A stretch of DNA of 64,000 nt, taken from Macrostomum lignano (lineage: Eukaryota). This document shows, piece after piece, positions 12,401-21,825 of this stretch. The stretch spans positions 124,001 to 188,000 of the forward strand of contig NIVC01000546.1 in the NCBI GenBank assembly GCA_002269645.1. Direction: 5' to 3'. A model generated the notes under the pieces. It had not been told where the DNA came from and did no database searches. It was given only the letters and a program-made list of their open reading frames with translations. A program made the translations under genes and the position numbers. Within the stretch, counting starts at the first letter, position 1, and each line of letters opens with the position of its first letter.

Positions 12401-15400
12401 GCAGCTTGTAGCAGTGCGGAGACAATCAAGAATCCCAGTCCTGTGTTTATCTAGGGCATAGAAATCTAGAATACTAACTGGAAGTGAAGGCTTTCGCGGG
12501 GGCGTACATACCCGGGCCGGGATAAAAAGCTCCTCTTCCCCAAAAGTTTTATTTCCCCAAAATTTTAATGTTTATTTATCATTCTTTTCATTGAAACAAT
12601 TTTATTTAAGGTATATTGCTTACCAAGAGTACACAAGTTATATTTCTCAAGCAGTGCAGTGAATGCAAAACTTACCATCAGTGGGCGCCAAACTTTGCAA
12701 CTTTTCTTACAGTCGGTCCAGTCGCTGATGCGGACAGGCGTTTAGTCCAGTTCTTTGCAGCAGTGTTAAACATCTTCCTGCACACCAGCTGCAAGATTGG
12801 ATGCTGATACTCACAATGCGTTTGGAATCGCAACTGTGGGAGTTGTTCAAAAATCTTGGAACAAACTGCTTCAAACAGACTGATGTGTCTGTACCTCGAT
12901 TTCAGAAATCGCTGACAGCGCTGCAGTTGCATGATTATCACCCAAGCCTCTTTGCAGATGGTGAACACCAGGTCAGAAGGGTTCGTTAGACCACCGCGGT
13001 CTAGCTGTCGCAGAAAGTCAGATGGCGCTTCGGCTGCAGATTCGTCTGGAGTGGCAACTAGTAGCTGGTTGCATGCAGTGCAGCTTCTTTGCGCTGTGAT
13101 GGACTTGGCGATTTTTCCAGCCACATAGTAGGTTACGTTGGCATCAGCTGCTTCGATCTCCTCAATTAGGTTTAGTTGGTCTGCAATTTGCCCGGCTTCT
13201 TCCATTAAGTCGCTGCCCTCGCTGTGCAGGTCCTTTGCAGCTGCAAGTGACTGAATTGTCTGTGGTGCAGCATGACTGAACTTCAGAACTGAAACAGAAC
13301 GGATTGCCTTCTCACCATCCAGAACATCTTTGCACGAAACATAGTAGTTTAATCCTTTTCGGTGACGGTACCATCCAAATCTTCCTTCCAGTGGGTCCGA
13401 CTGGAAAGCTCCGACCAGAACATATTCGAACATAAGACTATTGAGTAAGTACCTGCAGACTTCAACTAGAGCATCCAGCGTGTGACTGAGGGCCAGAAAG
13501 GTTTCGTCGCTAAGACCTTTGCTTCTGCAGGCCTTCCATTCGCGCAGATAATTAGCGACGTCCGCGAGGTAGGTAAGCTTCCAATCTGTGTCTGACCTGA
13601 CTGGATCTCGGCAACAGTCTCTTTTATGTTTGCCAATTGAGCTCGTCTTGACATTTAAAACTTTCCAAAGTTGCGTCACCGCATGGACAAAAGTCGCAGT
13701 GTCGCCCCACGGCTTTCCTTGATTCGCCGAGTAATATTCCAAGGCGTGCGCGGTAGACTCAGAAAACACAGCTAGTGCCAACTTTGGTGAGGTCTTCTGA
13801 ATACTTTTTGGATCGATGACGCTTGAGTTGAGTTTTGGGGCCAGTTTGAGTGGCTTGTCCTGTTCCAGATTGTACAGCTCTTTGATGTTCTCAAATTTTG
13901 CTACAATTAAGGAATCAGCCGTTCTCTTCACATGTGGTAGCGGGACATTAAAAAAGGCGCTATCTTTTGCTGGGAGCTCCAGAGACTGCCTTTTCTGAAA
14001 ATTGTTATATACGTTTTTAATTGTGTGCGTTGGGTCAAACAGAAGGAAAATCTTCTTTTCTCGATGGAACGGATGGGGTACGCATGTTTGCAGAATGCCA
14101 CCGCAAAGCTTGTGGACAAAAAACGCACGGTTTGCGGAATGGTTGTCAACCAAGATGGTCACTACATTAAGGTTTGTGCGCTGCAGCATCCCCATGACGC
14201 TCGTGTAGTGCTCGTGCAATATTTCGGCAGTCAACTTGCTGAGGGGGAAAAGTGCGACGACATCGCGGTACTTTCCGGCGATTGACTTGACCATGAAGCA
14301 CAGCATTGTTGAAGCCGGGTTGGCCTCCTGCATGCCAACAATAGACCCGGAAGAGTAGTCTATTCTTCGATTTAGGTGTATCTCATCAATAATCAGGTTG
14401 ACATTACTCTCCATTATTGACAGATTTTGAGTCCGTAGATGAAGGTAATTTTCGTCCGAGACGCCAGGGCTGACAGACAGAGGACTAGAAATCGCCGTTA
14501 GTCGTCTAACTGATGGCAGAACAAGCAGGTCTTGATCCAGCAGCACCTGGTAGCAAGCTGAACTGGTGGACTTCAGCACCATGGCAAACACTATCAAACC
14601 AGGGGAGTACCGTCTAGCCTCCTTTGCCTGGCAACGAAGCCTAAGCTGCTCCACTATAAACTGGATTTGCTGCATCAGTGGCGTGGCAGACTCATTCGAT
14701 TCCTCCAGCAAGTTGCACAGGCAATCGATGGCAGCTTCAATCCATTTAGCTTCTGCGCTTCTCGGATTGGGATCAGGGATGCCCCACGATTTTGCTAAAG
14801 CTAATAAGTTTTGAATCTGCGAAAACAAGGTGATCTTTCCGAGATCCAAAAATTGTTCAAATCGCTTCATTGGAACCGGTTGTCCTTTCAAACTTACAGA
14901 AGCAATCATATCGCGTTGAATTTTTACAGAGCAGACCAGATTCGGGACATCCTCCACATCAATCAGGCAGAACGCAATGGAGTCGGCGCCAAACACAGGA
15001 ACGAATCCAACAGGAATCGGATTGCTCTCTAGCATGGTCTTGATTTCCTCCAACGATCCCACTTTATCCAACGACAGAAACTCCGATGCCGCTGTTTCTA
15101 GCCTGTCACTTTCGGCTTGGTGTCGTAGCTCAGCTGTGGCTGATTCGGTCCGGGAAGTAGAAGCCATTGGCTGCAGTCTTTCCGGAAGTTGAGGAAAAAC
15201 AGAGGGGATGGCTCCCTTTCGTAAAACGCGCAGGCTCAGTTGCGCATTTCTCTTGCGCTTTCGACGAGTGTTGGAGTCTTGCGATGTGCTGATGAAGTCC
15301 GACTCCAAAAAGTGCGCAGAGCACAACCGAGACTCCTTAGTTGGGGCATAGTGCTCTCTGCGAATTCTTCGGAGCCACTCAGTCATCAGTTGTGGATCAT

Positions 15401-16138
15401 TTAACGGAAAGGCATGGAAAGATGTTTTCACATTCGATTCATTGTTCGAAGTCCTTCTTGCGTAGCCAGATTGGCAATTAAATGCAGCGCATTTGTATCC
15501 CATCTAGGCAAATTTGTGATATTCAGTTTTGGCAGGATTTGGGTGCTAACAGCCGGTTGCCTCTTTGTTATATATATTATTTTCCTGTGCAGAATACCGT
15601 TTGATGTACATTTCCCTCCTCTCGTTTCCCATATTCTTTCCTTCCTCCCAAGAATATGCCCACTCCTATTCAATTGATCGTGCACCACTGTAAAGAGCTC
15701 TCTGTTTTGCTCCAGTCCAGGGTTTGCTATCACTGTACGCTCGTACAGCATTTACAGTGTACATCTGGGTGCTGTCTGAGCTTGAAGGGAATGAAAGATG
15801 AAGGCATGAGCAACAAGAAAGAGTTTTAAAGGGCTGGGGGGTTTTTGGGAGGGTCTTTTGGATGCGGGTTTAGTCACTATAACATTTTCAAGCTAAAAAG
15901 AATCGGCCCGGGTAGGTACGACTTGAACTCCCCGACAAAGAAGCCTTCACTTCCAGTTAGTATTCTAGATTTCTATGTCTAGGGCCAGTGGTTCGCTAAT
16001 GCACTCCAACACTCCCTCTCCAAACTGCAGATCGCGCGCAGCCATTCGCAGGATGTGCAGCCTGATCGAACTCGCCAGTTTGTCAACACCTACGTTGAAA
16101 AGCATTTGAAAGCTAAGCGTAGGTCTTCTAAATCTTGA
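3345..16138 (+). CDS. PHRF1: PHD and RING finger domain-containing protein 1-like (RING-RING-PHD...SRI), join(3345-3482,4133-4423,4855-5119,5461-6140,6632-6918,[7124-7183],9798-10746,16031-16138), about 905-925 aa
   Basis: Spliced RING CPICHE|[35 protein letters not shown]; PHD CAVCFQG|[38 protein letters not shown]; C-terminal SRI-like [35 protein letters not shown]|[25 protein letters not shown]. All junctions are GT-AG and phase-consistent (0,0,1,0,2,2,0). Confidence 0.88.
3561..4088. repeat. Minisatellite, 21 bp unit gtcagtgggtcaggagtggca / gtcagtgggtcaggtgtgaca (PHRF1 intron 1)
   Basis: Direct tandem repetition; explains the [14 protein letters not shown] ORFs. Confidence 0.95.
4133..4423 (+). 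CDS. PHRF1: PHRF1-like exon: first RING-H2-like module and start of second RING
   Basis: Acceptor gcacag|ccg, donor gag|gttggc; CPLC..C..HNFHLAC..CPAPAC. Confidence 0.85.
4451..4698. mobile_element. Candidate foldback MITE with internally repeated ttcacaaacccgaaa motifs
   Basis: Left ctttcacaaacccgaaacttc versus right gaaatttcgggttcgtgaaag (imperfect inverted repeat); no clear TSD. Confidence 0.45.
4855..5119 (+). CDS. PHRF1: PHRF1-like exon: second RING and start of PHD
   Basis: Acceptor ttcaag|gtg, donor g|gtgcgt (phase 1); [19 protein letters not shown]. Confidence 0.92.
5167..5330. repeat. Short minisatellite, 21-22 bp unit aaaaaatcgcccctctatttac
   Basis: Direct tandem repetition in a PHRF1 intron; shares the AATCGCCC core with the 23.1-kb array. 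Confidence 0.9.
5461..6140 (+). CDS. PHRF1: PHRF1-like exon: PHD finger, acidic tract, basic NLS-like tail
   Basis: Acceptor ctcttag|gc, donor ccg|gttagt; [13 protein letters not shown] motif. Confidence 0.92.
6632..6918 (+). CDS. PHRF1: PHRF1-like exon (basic region)
   Basis: Acceptor acttag|gca in phase 0, open frame, donor ag|gtgagc in phase 2. Confidence 0.75.
7124..7183 (+). CDS. PHRF1: Possible 60-nt symmetric (phase 2-2) cassette exon
   Basis: accag|a...cctag|gtaccg, open in the correct frame; weak polypyrimidine tract. Confidence 0.35.
9798..10746 (+). CDS. PHRF1: PHRF1-like exon: Pro-rich region and N-terminal part of the SRI (Pol II CTD-binding) domain
   Basis: Strong acceptor ttttcttctttttag|c (phase 2), donor aag|gttagt. 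Confidence 0.9.
10785..12250. repeat. Minisatellite, 19-20 bp units ccaccaagagacgggtttt / ggggcgcccaccaagagaca (PHRF1 last intron)
   Basis: Direct tandem repetition; explains the many [11 protein letters not shown] ORFs. Confidence 0.95.
12457..15977 (-). mobile_element. Full-length P-superfamily DNA transposon (3521 bp) with 37-bp TIRs and 7-bp TSD TCTAGGG
   Basis: TIR catagaaatctagaatactaactggaagtgaaggctt at 12457-12493 and its exact reverse complement at 15941-15977; tctaggg at 12450-12456 and 15978-15984; encodes a THAP transposase. Confidence 0.96.
12678..15503 (-). CDS. P-element/THAP9-like transposase, 941 aa, intronless, uninterrupted
   Basis: N-terminal THAP C2CH finger (CAAFNC...FHAFP...EWL...LCSAHF...GAIPSVF); RNase H-like acidic residues in IIDE, LVDN and SDPLEGRFG; DPTH(TIKN) motif; C-terminal YYVAG..CxxC..RGGLTNPS region. 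Confidence 0.95.
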   Translation of the reverse strand: MGYKCAAFNCQSGYARRTSNNESNVKTSFHAFPLNDPQLMTEWLRRIRREHYAPTKESRLCSAHFLESDFISTSQDSNTRRKRKRNAQLSLRVLRKGAIPSVFPQLPERLQPMASTSRTESATAELRHQAESDRLETAASEFLSLDKVGSLEEIKTMLESNPIPVGFVPVFGADSIAFCLIDVEDVPNLVCSVKIQRDMIASVSLKGQPVPMKRFEQFLDLGKITLFSQIQNLLALAKSWGIPDPNPRSAEAKWIEAAIDCLCNLLEESNESATPLMQQIQFIVEQLRLRCQAKEARRYSPGLIVFAMVLKSTSSACYQVLLDQDLLVLPSVRRLTAISSPLSVSPGVSDENYLHLRTQNLSIMESNVNLIIDEIHLNRRIDYSSGSIVGMQEANPASTMLCFMVKSIAGKYRDVVALFPLSKLTAEILHEHYTSVMGMLQRTNLNVVTILVDNHSANRAFFVHKLCGGILQTCVPHPFHREKKIFLLFDPTHTIKNVYNNFQKRQSLELPAKDSAFFNVPLPHVKRTADSLIVAKFENIKELYNLEQDKPLKLAPKLNSSVIDPKSIQKTSPKLALAVFSESTAHALEYYSANQGKPWGDTATFVHAVTQLWKVLNVKTSSIGKHKRDCCRDPVRSDTDWKLTYLADVANYLREWKACRSKGLSDETFLALSHTLDALVEVCRYLLNSLMFEYVLVGAFQSDPLEGRFGWYRHRKGLNYYVSCKDVLDGEKAIRSVSVLKFSHAAPQTIQSLAAAKDLHSEGSDLMEEAGQIADQLNLIEEIEAADANVTYYVAGKIAKSITAQRSCTACNQLLVATPDESAAEAPSDFLRQLDRGGLTNPSDLVFTICKEAWVIIMQLQRCQRFLKSRYRHISLFEAVCSKIFEQLPQLRFQTHCEYQHPILQLVCRKMFNTAAKNWTKRLSASATGPTVRKVAKFGAH
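16031..16138 (+). CDS. PHRF1: PHRF1-like terminal exon completing the SRI domain
   Basis: Acceptor ctccctctccaaactgcag|atc, phase 0; [25 protein letters not shown] resembles the PHRF1/SCAF11 SRI end; stop TGA at 16136-16138. Confidence 0.85.
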   Translation: MARSHSQDVQPDRTRQFVNTYVEKHLKAKRRSSKS

Positions 16139-16318
16139 CCTTGATTGTCCTGTACTTTTAACTGCCATGTCAATATGGTGGTGATGCATATTGATGTACA
16201 GAATTATTAAACCGTTAGCTCTGTGCATAGTATCGGTTTGTGTAAATGTTGAAATAATGTATAACTGTTAGTTTATTGGTAAAGCTGAGTAAATCATGTG
16301 GTTTATTTTATTGACAGG

Positions 16319-16324
16319 AATAAA
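16319..16324 (+). terminator. Candidate polyadenylation signal of the PHRF1-like gene
   Basis: AATAAA about 180 nt after the stop codon. Confidence 0.4.
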
Positions 16325-16734
16325 TTCCGGCTACCGACAGTACAGGCTACCATAAGTAGCATGGTTTGTACTAATCATCGCATTTTTAGTCCAAAATATT
16401 TTCCTATCTGCGAGGTCACCTGAGCACGGGCAGCGGCTCAATCGCATAATCTTCTAGTCCGTTCAATATTGTTGTTTGGTTAAACCGTTATTGCAGCGGC
16501 ACCCTGTTTCATAATATTGTTAGTGTTCGCGATTATAACTTTTTTGGCCTTAGGAGTAACAGAAATCCTGAAGTGAGATAATCGAGAACAATTTTTATTG
16601 GGTAATTCTAGTGTGCTTTTTTGCTGTTGCTCCACTGTTTGCGTGTCTTTTTGCCTCCCCGGCTTTATTACATAGCCATTGTTTCTCTCGCGCTTTCTCA
16701 CTTGACACAATTATAATGTAATGACTGGGATATT

Positions 16735-17375
16735 GATATATTTGAATGAATTTGGGATCTGGAGTGTCAGATAAGATTCGGGGTCTGGGATGCCAGTGAA
16801 GATTTGGGATATCAGATTTGGGATCTGGGATGCCAAGATATGGGATCCGGGATGTCAGATTTGGGATCTGGGATGTAAAATTTTGGATCTGGAATGTCAA
16901 TTTTGGGATCCGGAATGTCAGGTTTGGGATCCGGGGTGTCAGATTTGGGATCTTGGATGTCAGATTTGGGATCTGGAATGTCAGATTTGGGATCCGAAAT
17001 GTCAGGTTTGGGATCCGGGATGTCAGATTTGGGATCTGGGATGTCAGGTTTGGGATCCGGGATGTCAGATTTGGGATCCGGGATGTCAGATTTGGGATCT
17101 GGGATGTCAGATTTGGGATCTGGGATGTCAGATTTGGGATCCGAGATTTCAGATTTGGGTCCGGGATGTCAGATTTGGGATCTGGGATGCTAAGGTTTTG
17201 TATCTGGAATGTCAGATTTGGGATCTGGGATGCCAGAGATTATTTGGAATCTGGGATGCCAGAGATTATTTGGAATCTGGGATGCAAAGATGTGGTATGT
17301 GGGGTGTCAGAAGATTTGGAATCTGGGATGCCATATTTGGCATCTGGACTGTCAGAGAAGATTTGGGATCTGGGA
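16735..17375. repeat. Minisatellite, 21 bp unit gatttgggatctgggatgtca
   Basis: Direct tandem repetition. Confidence 0.95.
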
Positions 17376-17869
17376 AGTCATTATAAACTGATGTATTCGT
17401 AAATGGCCTGTCATCAATATTCTTATCTCAGACTGCACTTCAGGTTATAGTACAAGCGCTTGTACTTTATTATGTTTTGCTGTAAATAAACTACTTGACT
17501 TGATGGTTTCGCGAATTAATCGATGAGAACTGGGATGTTCAAAGCAAGCGCTCATTTGCCAAGAAACAGTATTTTTAATGTTCAAGTTTCGTTTCTTTCT
17601 TTAAACTGTGCTGTATTCGTAAATAATTGGTAAATCAAATAGAGATCTGAATAGGGCTCCGGGCGATATCCTGCAGGCCAACTATATTCGGTGGCAGAAG
17701 CAATGATTATTTATGCCACTGTATCCGCATTGCAGGTAGATTACAATTTGGTCTTGTGAAAGTGGTGAGCAAGGCAATTTGCATTCTATTGCAGTCTTGT
17801 TCATCTTCATCCGCAAGGTATATGCTGCTTAAAATAATATTGTTACGATGTATTGTGGCGGCAGAAGGG

Positions 17870-18410
17870 GGCAGAGGTGTTTGGGGACAAGGGGTATCAG
17901 AGCGGCTGAGGGAAACGGGATGTTTAGGGTCAAGGGGTATTAGAGCGGCTGAGGGAAACGGGATGTTTAGGGTCAAGGGGTATTAGAGCGGCTGAGGGAA
18001 ACGGGATGTTTAGGGTCAAGGGGTATTAGAGCGGCTGAGGGAAACGGGATGTTTAGGGTCAAGGGGTATTAGAGCGGCTGAGGGAAACGGTGTTTAGGGA
18101 CAAGGGGTATTAGAGCGGCTGAGGGAAACGGTGTTTAGGGACAAGGGGTATTAGAGCGGCTGAGGGAAACGGTGTTTAAGGACAAGGGGTATTAGAGCGG
18201 CTGAGGGAAACGGGGTGTTTAGGGTCAAGGGGTATTAGAGCGGCTGAGGGAAACGGTGTTTAGGGACAAGGGGTATCAGAGCGGCTGAGGGAAACGGGGT
18301 GTTTAGGGTCAAGGGGTATTAGAGCGGCTGAGGGAAACGGTGTTTAGGGACAAGGGGTATCAGAGCGGCTGAGGGAAACGGGCTGTTTGAGGGCAACGGC
18401 AAGGGGTATG
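17870..18410. repeat. Minisatellite, 41-43 bp unit tagagcggctgagggaaacgggatgtttagggtcaaggggtat
   Basis: Direct tandem repetition downstream of the GPCR. Confidence 0.95.
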
Positions 18411-18657
18411 TATACTCATAAGAGCGACAGAGAGGAGTGCTTGGGTGCTCCAGGTACTCTACAATGATCAAATGTCGGGAGGCATCAATCTTATCCGTAC
18501 AACGGATATTAAATAAATACCCATGGCTAGTTGCCGTTGCTTATTTTATTTATTTCAAGGGTTGTTTTAACAATGTCGCATGTCGGTGCTTTAAGATGTG
18601 GTTAAGTTTTAAATCAAACGCAACTTGTCAAATTTCGATGTGAATCTTCTTTGGTCC

Positions 18658-20091
18658 TCAACCGGTTTCTTCATCGTTGCAAACTGCATCGTTAAACAGC
18701 GATGGGAGCAGATTTGGATGCAGTACCTCATCATCGTCCCCAATAAGCTCGCATCGGATTGAGTTATTGCAAACTTCTTCGGTCGGAGTGGCGTGAACGA
18801 TAAAGTCTATTCGGTTCTCCAGGGTTTTGGTGCCTCCACCGCTGCGGAACGGCCCTGCTGTGCTGCTGCTCCCGCGGCGGTACGCAGCTGGCGCGTTGCG
18901 GCGCGCCGCCATCCGGACACTGGCTTGATAGGCAATGAAATCCGACACTGACGAGCTCAGTAGCACCTGGTCATCTACCGTCAGTTGCTTGTCCCCATCG
19001 TCAGCCTGACGGTGACTGGCGAAGCTTTCCAAAGCCTGAAGTTCGCAGGCTTCGGCCAAGTCGCTGTCGACCATAGAGACGGTCTCGCACTGCCGCATGC
19101 AGCAGCGGCCAACTTGGGCAAGAAGCTCCTTCAGATCGTGCCAGAAGTCTTGACAGCAGGCGTAGAGCACAGGATTGCAGGCGCTGTTTAGGTAGCCCAT
19201 GGCGGTGGTCAAGTGAAGCATCACAATCTGAGTGTGCTGGGGTATGAGGCTTCTCGAGGCTAATTCAACTTGTATCCAATAGAGCAGTGAGCAGGCAAAG
19301 TTTAGTAAAATAATTGCCGTCACTACTCGGCTGACGCGGTCCAGCAGCTTCCGGCTCTGTTTTGCTACTTTTTTCACCTTTTTCACCTTGACAATCAGCG
19401 TGCGAACAATGAAGGCGTAGAAGATGACCAGCAGCACAAATGGCAGGATGCCGCAGGCAGCGAACATGGCCTTCCTGGCCAGGGCCAGACTGGGATAGTG
19501 ACTGACCAGCTTAGAATCGAAGGTCTGCTCGCTGATCACCAGCGAGACATTGAATGCAGCGGCATGGCTCGTGCTGACTTTGTGGCCGCAGTTCTGCCGA
19601 ACCGATTTGCTGGTTGAGTTCGGCTTAATCGACATCATCAGTCTGGAGTGCACGGCCATTGGACTCACCACTACAGCGCTGAGGAGCCACAGAGCCGTGA
19701 GCAGGCCCCACACGAAGCGGCTGCTGCGTAGTGTTGCGGCAAACTGCGGCTTCACCACGCTGATGTAGCGGTCGAATGCCATGGCGGTGACGATGAAGAT
19801 CCCGGCTGTCCAGTTGACGTAGTGCATCGCGTGATAGATGGCGCATCCTGGCAGGCCCCAGGCCCAGCTGTCCACCTCGGCCATGTAGACCATGGGCAGA
19901 ATTCCCAGCAGGTGAAGAATGTCCGCCAAGGCCAGATGGCCCAGGTAGATGCGCAGCGCTGTGTGCAACTTGGACTTCCGGACTAAAATGATCGTGGCGA
20001 GTACGACAGCGTTGCCCAGAATGCCCAAGGCGCTCAGAATGCCCAGCAACTTCCAGACGACTTTCATGCCGTTAATCATCGATTCCGACAT
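18658..20091 (-). CDS. Class A (rhodopsin-like) neuropeptide GPCR, somatostatin/allatostatin-C/opioid receptor-like, 477 aa, single exon
   Basis: Seven hydrophobic segments; GNAVV (TM1), LALAD (TM2), WAWGLPGC (ECL1/C3.25), AFDRY (TM3), YLNSACNPVLY (TM7). Subfamily assignment is by remembered motif similarity only. Confidence 0.9.
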   Translation of the reverse strand: MSESMINGMKVVWKLLGILSALGILGNAVVLATIILVRKSKLHTALRIYLGHLALADILHLLGILPMVYMAEVDSWAWGLPGCAIYHAMHYVNWTAGIFIVTAMAFDRYISVVKPQFAATLRSSRFVWGLLTALWLLSAVVVSPMAVHSRLMMSIKPNSTSKSVRQNCGHKVSTSHAAAFNVSLVISEQTFDSKLVSHYPSLALARKAMFAACGILPFVLLVIFYAFIVRTLIVKVKKVKKVAKQSRKLLDRVSRVVTAIILLNFACSLLYWIQVELASRSLIPQHTQIVMLHLTTAMGYLNSACNPVLYACCQDFWHDLKELLAQVGRCCMRQCETVSMVDSDLAEACELQALESFASHRQADDGDKQLTVDDQVLLSSSVSDFIAYQASVRMAARRNAPAAYRRGSSSTAGPFRSGGGTKTLENRIDFIVHATPTEEVCNNSIRCELIGDDDEVLHPNLLPSLFNDAVCNDEETG

Positions 20092-20558
20092 TTGCTGTTT
20101 TTAGTTGGTTCGTTCTTTGTGTCTGAATCTTGATTGATTGATTGAATTTTGAGGCAGCTTGTCGGCCGTGGGTCGCAAATTTTTCCTTTTTTATCTTACC
20201 CTCAAGTGGGAGAACTGTTTGATTGGGCAGGTATTCAAGCTCTGATTTGCCGGCAAGAATTTCACTTTTCAGGTGATAAGAAATCAACGGTAATCCTTTT
20301 GTATTCATTAAGCCGTTCCCGATCTCATGGGCCAAAAGTTTAAACTAAACTACGGATTAGGGGTATTTTCAGGGTGTCGGGTGCGGGGTGCTTTTGAGGA
20401 AAGTAGTGGTCGCTTTTTGGTCTATAGTTACTGGTTAAGGCAGCGGCCCCTCCCCCAATCGCCCACATTAAAATGCGCTCCTCCAAGAACTAAAGAAAAA
20501 AGCATCCAAGCTGAACGAATGGCAAGAGCTCAATTTTGCCACCTACCACTCTTGGAGG

Positions 20559-21250
20559 CAGAGACAAGGGCGCTAGTCCAGAGACAGGGCGCCAACCCAG
20601 AGACAAGGGCGCCAACCCAGAGACAGGGGCGCCAACCCAGAGACAGAGGCGCCAACCCAGAGACAGGGGCGCCAACCCAGAGACAAGGGCGCTAACCCAG
20701 AGACAGGGGCGCCAACCCAGAGACAGGGCGCCAACCCAGAGACAAGGGCGCCAACCCAGAGACAAGGGCGCCAACCCAGAGACAGGGGCGCCAACCCAGA
20801 GACAAGGGCGACAACCCAGAGACAGGGGCGCCAACCCAGAGACAAGGGCGCCAACCCAGAGACAAGGGCGCCAACCCAGAGACAAGGGCGCCAACCCAGA
20901 GACAAGGGCGCCAACCCAGAGACAAGGGCGCCAACCCAGAGACAAGGGCGCCAACCCAGAGACAAGGGCGCCAACCCAGAGACAGGGGCGCCAACCCAGA
21001 GACAGGGGCGCGAACCCAGAGACAGGAGCGCCAACCCAGAGACAGGGCGCCAACCCAGAGACAGGGGCGCCAACCCAGAGACAGGGCGCCAACCCAGAGA
21101 CAGGAGCGCCAACCCAGCGATAGGAGCGCCAACCCAGAGACAGGGGCGCCAACCCAGGGACAGGGGCGCCAACCCAAAGACAGGGGCGTTCACCAAGAGA
21201 CAGAGGCGCCCACCAAGAGACAGGGCGCCCACCAAGAGACAGGGACGCCC
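20559..21250. repeat. Minisatellite, 20 bp unit ggcgccaacccagagacaag
   Basis: Direct tandem repetition; terminal units resemble those of the 10.8-kb array. Confidence 0.95.
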
Positions 21251-21825
21251 AACAACAGACCAGCACCCTAAACAGTGGCTATGTTGGCTGGAGTCTGAGT
21301 TTCTTGATTTCATCATTTTCTCAACCTCAAGCACCTCCGACGAAACGTCCCCTAAGCCTCCCTGTCTGTAATTACCGAATCACCGGTAAGCCAATCTGGG
21401 CGGAGCCCGGTGCAGCAACCGGTCACATTTTTAACAAAGATTTTGCGGGCCGGAGACTCTGGAATTATGGGACAATTTCTGCTGACTACCCCGACTACTT
21501 GCATGTTCCCTAATTCCAAAGATTTCCCATTTCAATCGAATCTCTATCAGAGGGGAGGCCCCGAGCGAAGATGCTCGATGATTTTCAAAAAAATTACACC
21601 CGACAAAGATACGAAATCTCGAAGGAAAGTTTTTCCAGGAGACTACTGAAAGTAGGAGTTACACGTTAGGAAATGTTTGAATTTAAGTAGGGAATTTTTG
21701 TTTATATTTCTTGAATTGTAGGTTTCAGATTCGGCTGCATTTTGCTCACTAACTGATATTTGAGTGCAGCCCTATGAGTTTTTCTAAGCACAAAATATCT
21801 AAACGCTACAATGTCAGTCTAAACG

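Noticed and set aside
16790-17402. CQIWDLG/pentapeptide-like repeat ORFs
   Set aside because: Open in several frames because the 21-bp unit lacks stops; no coding signature.
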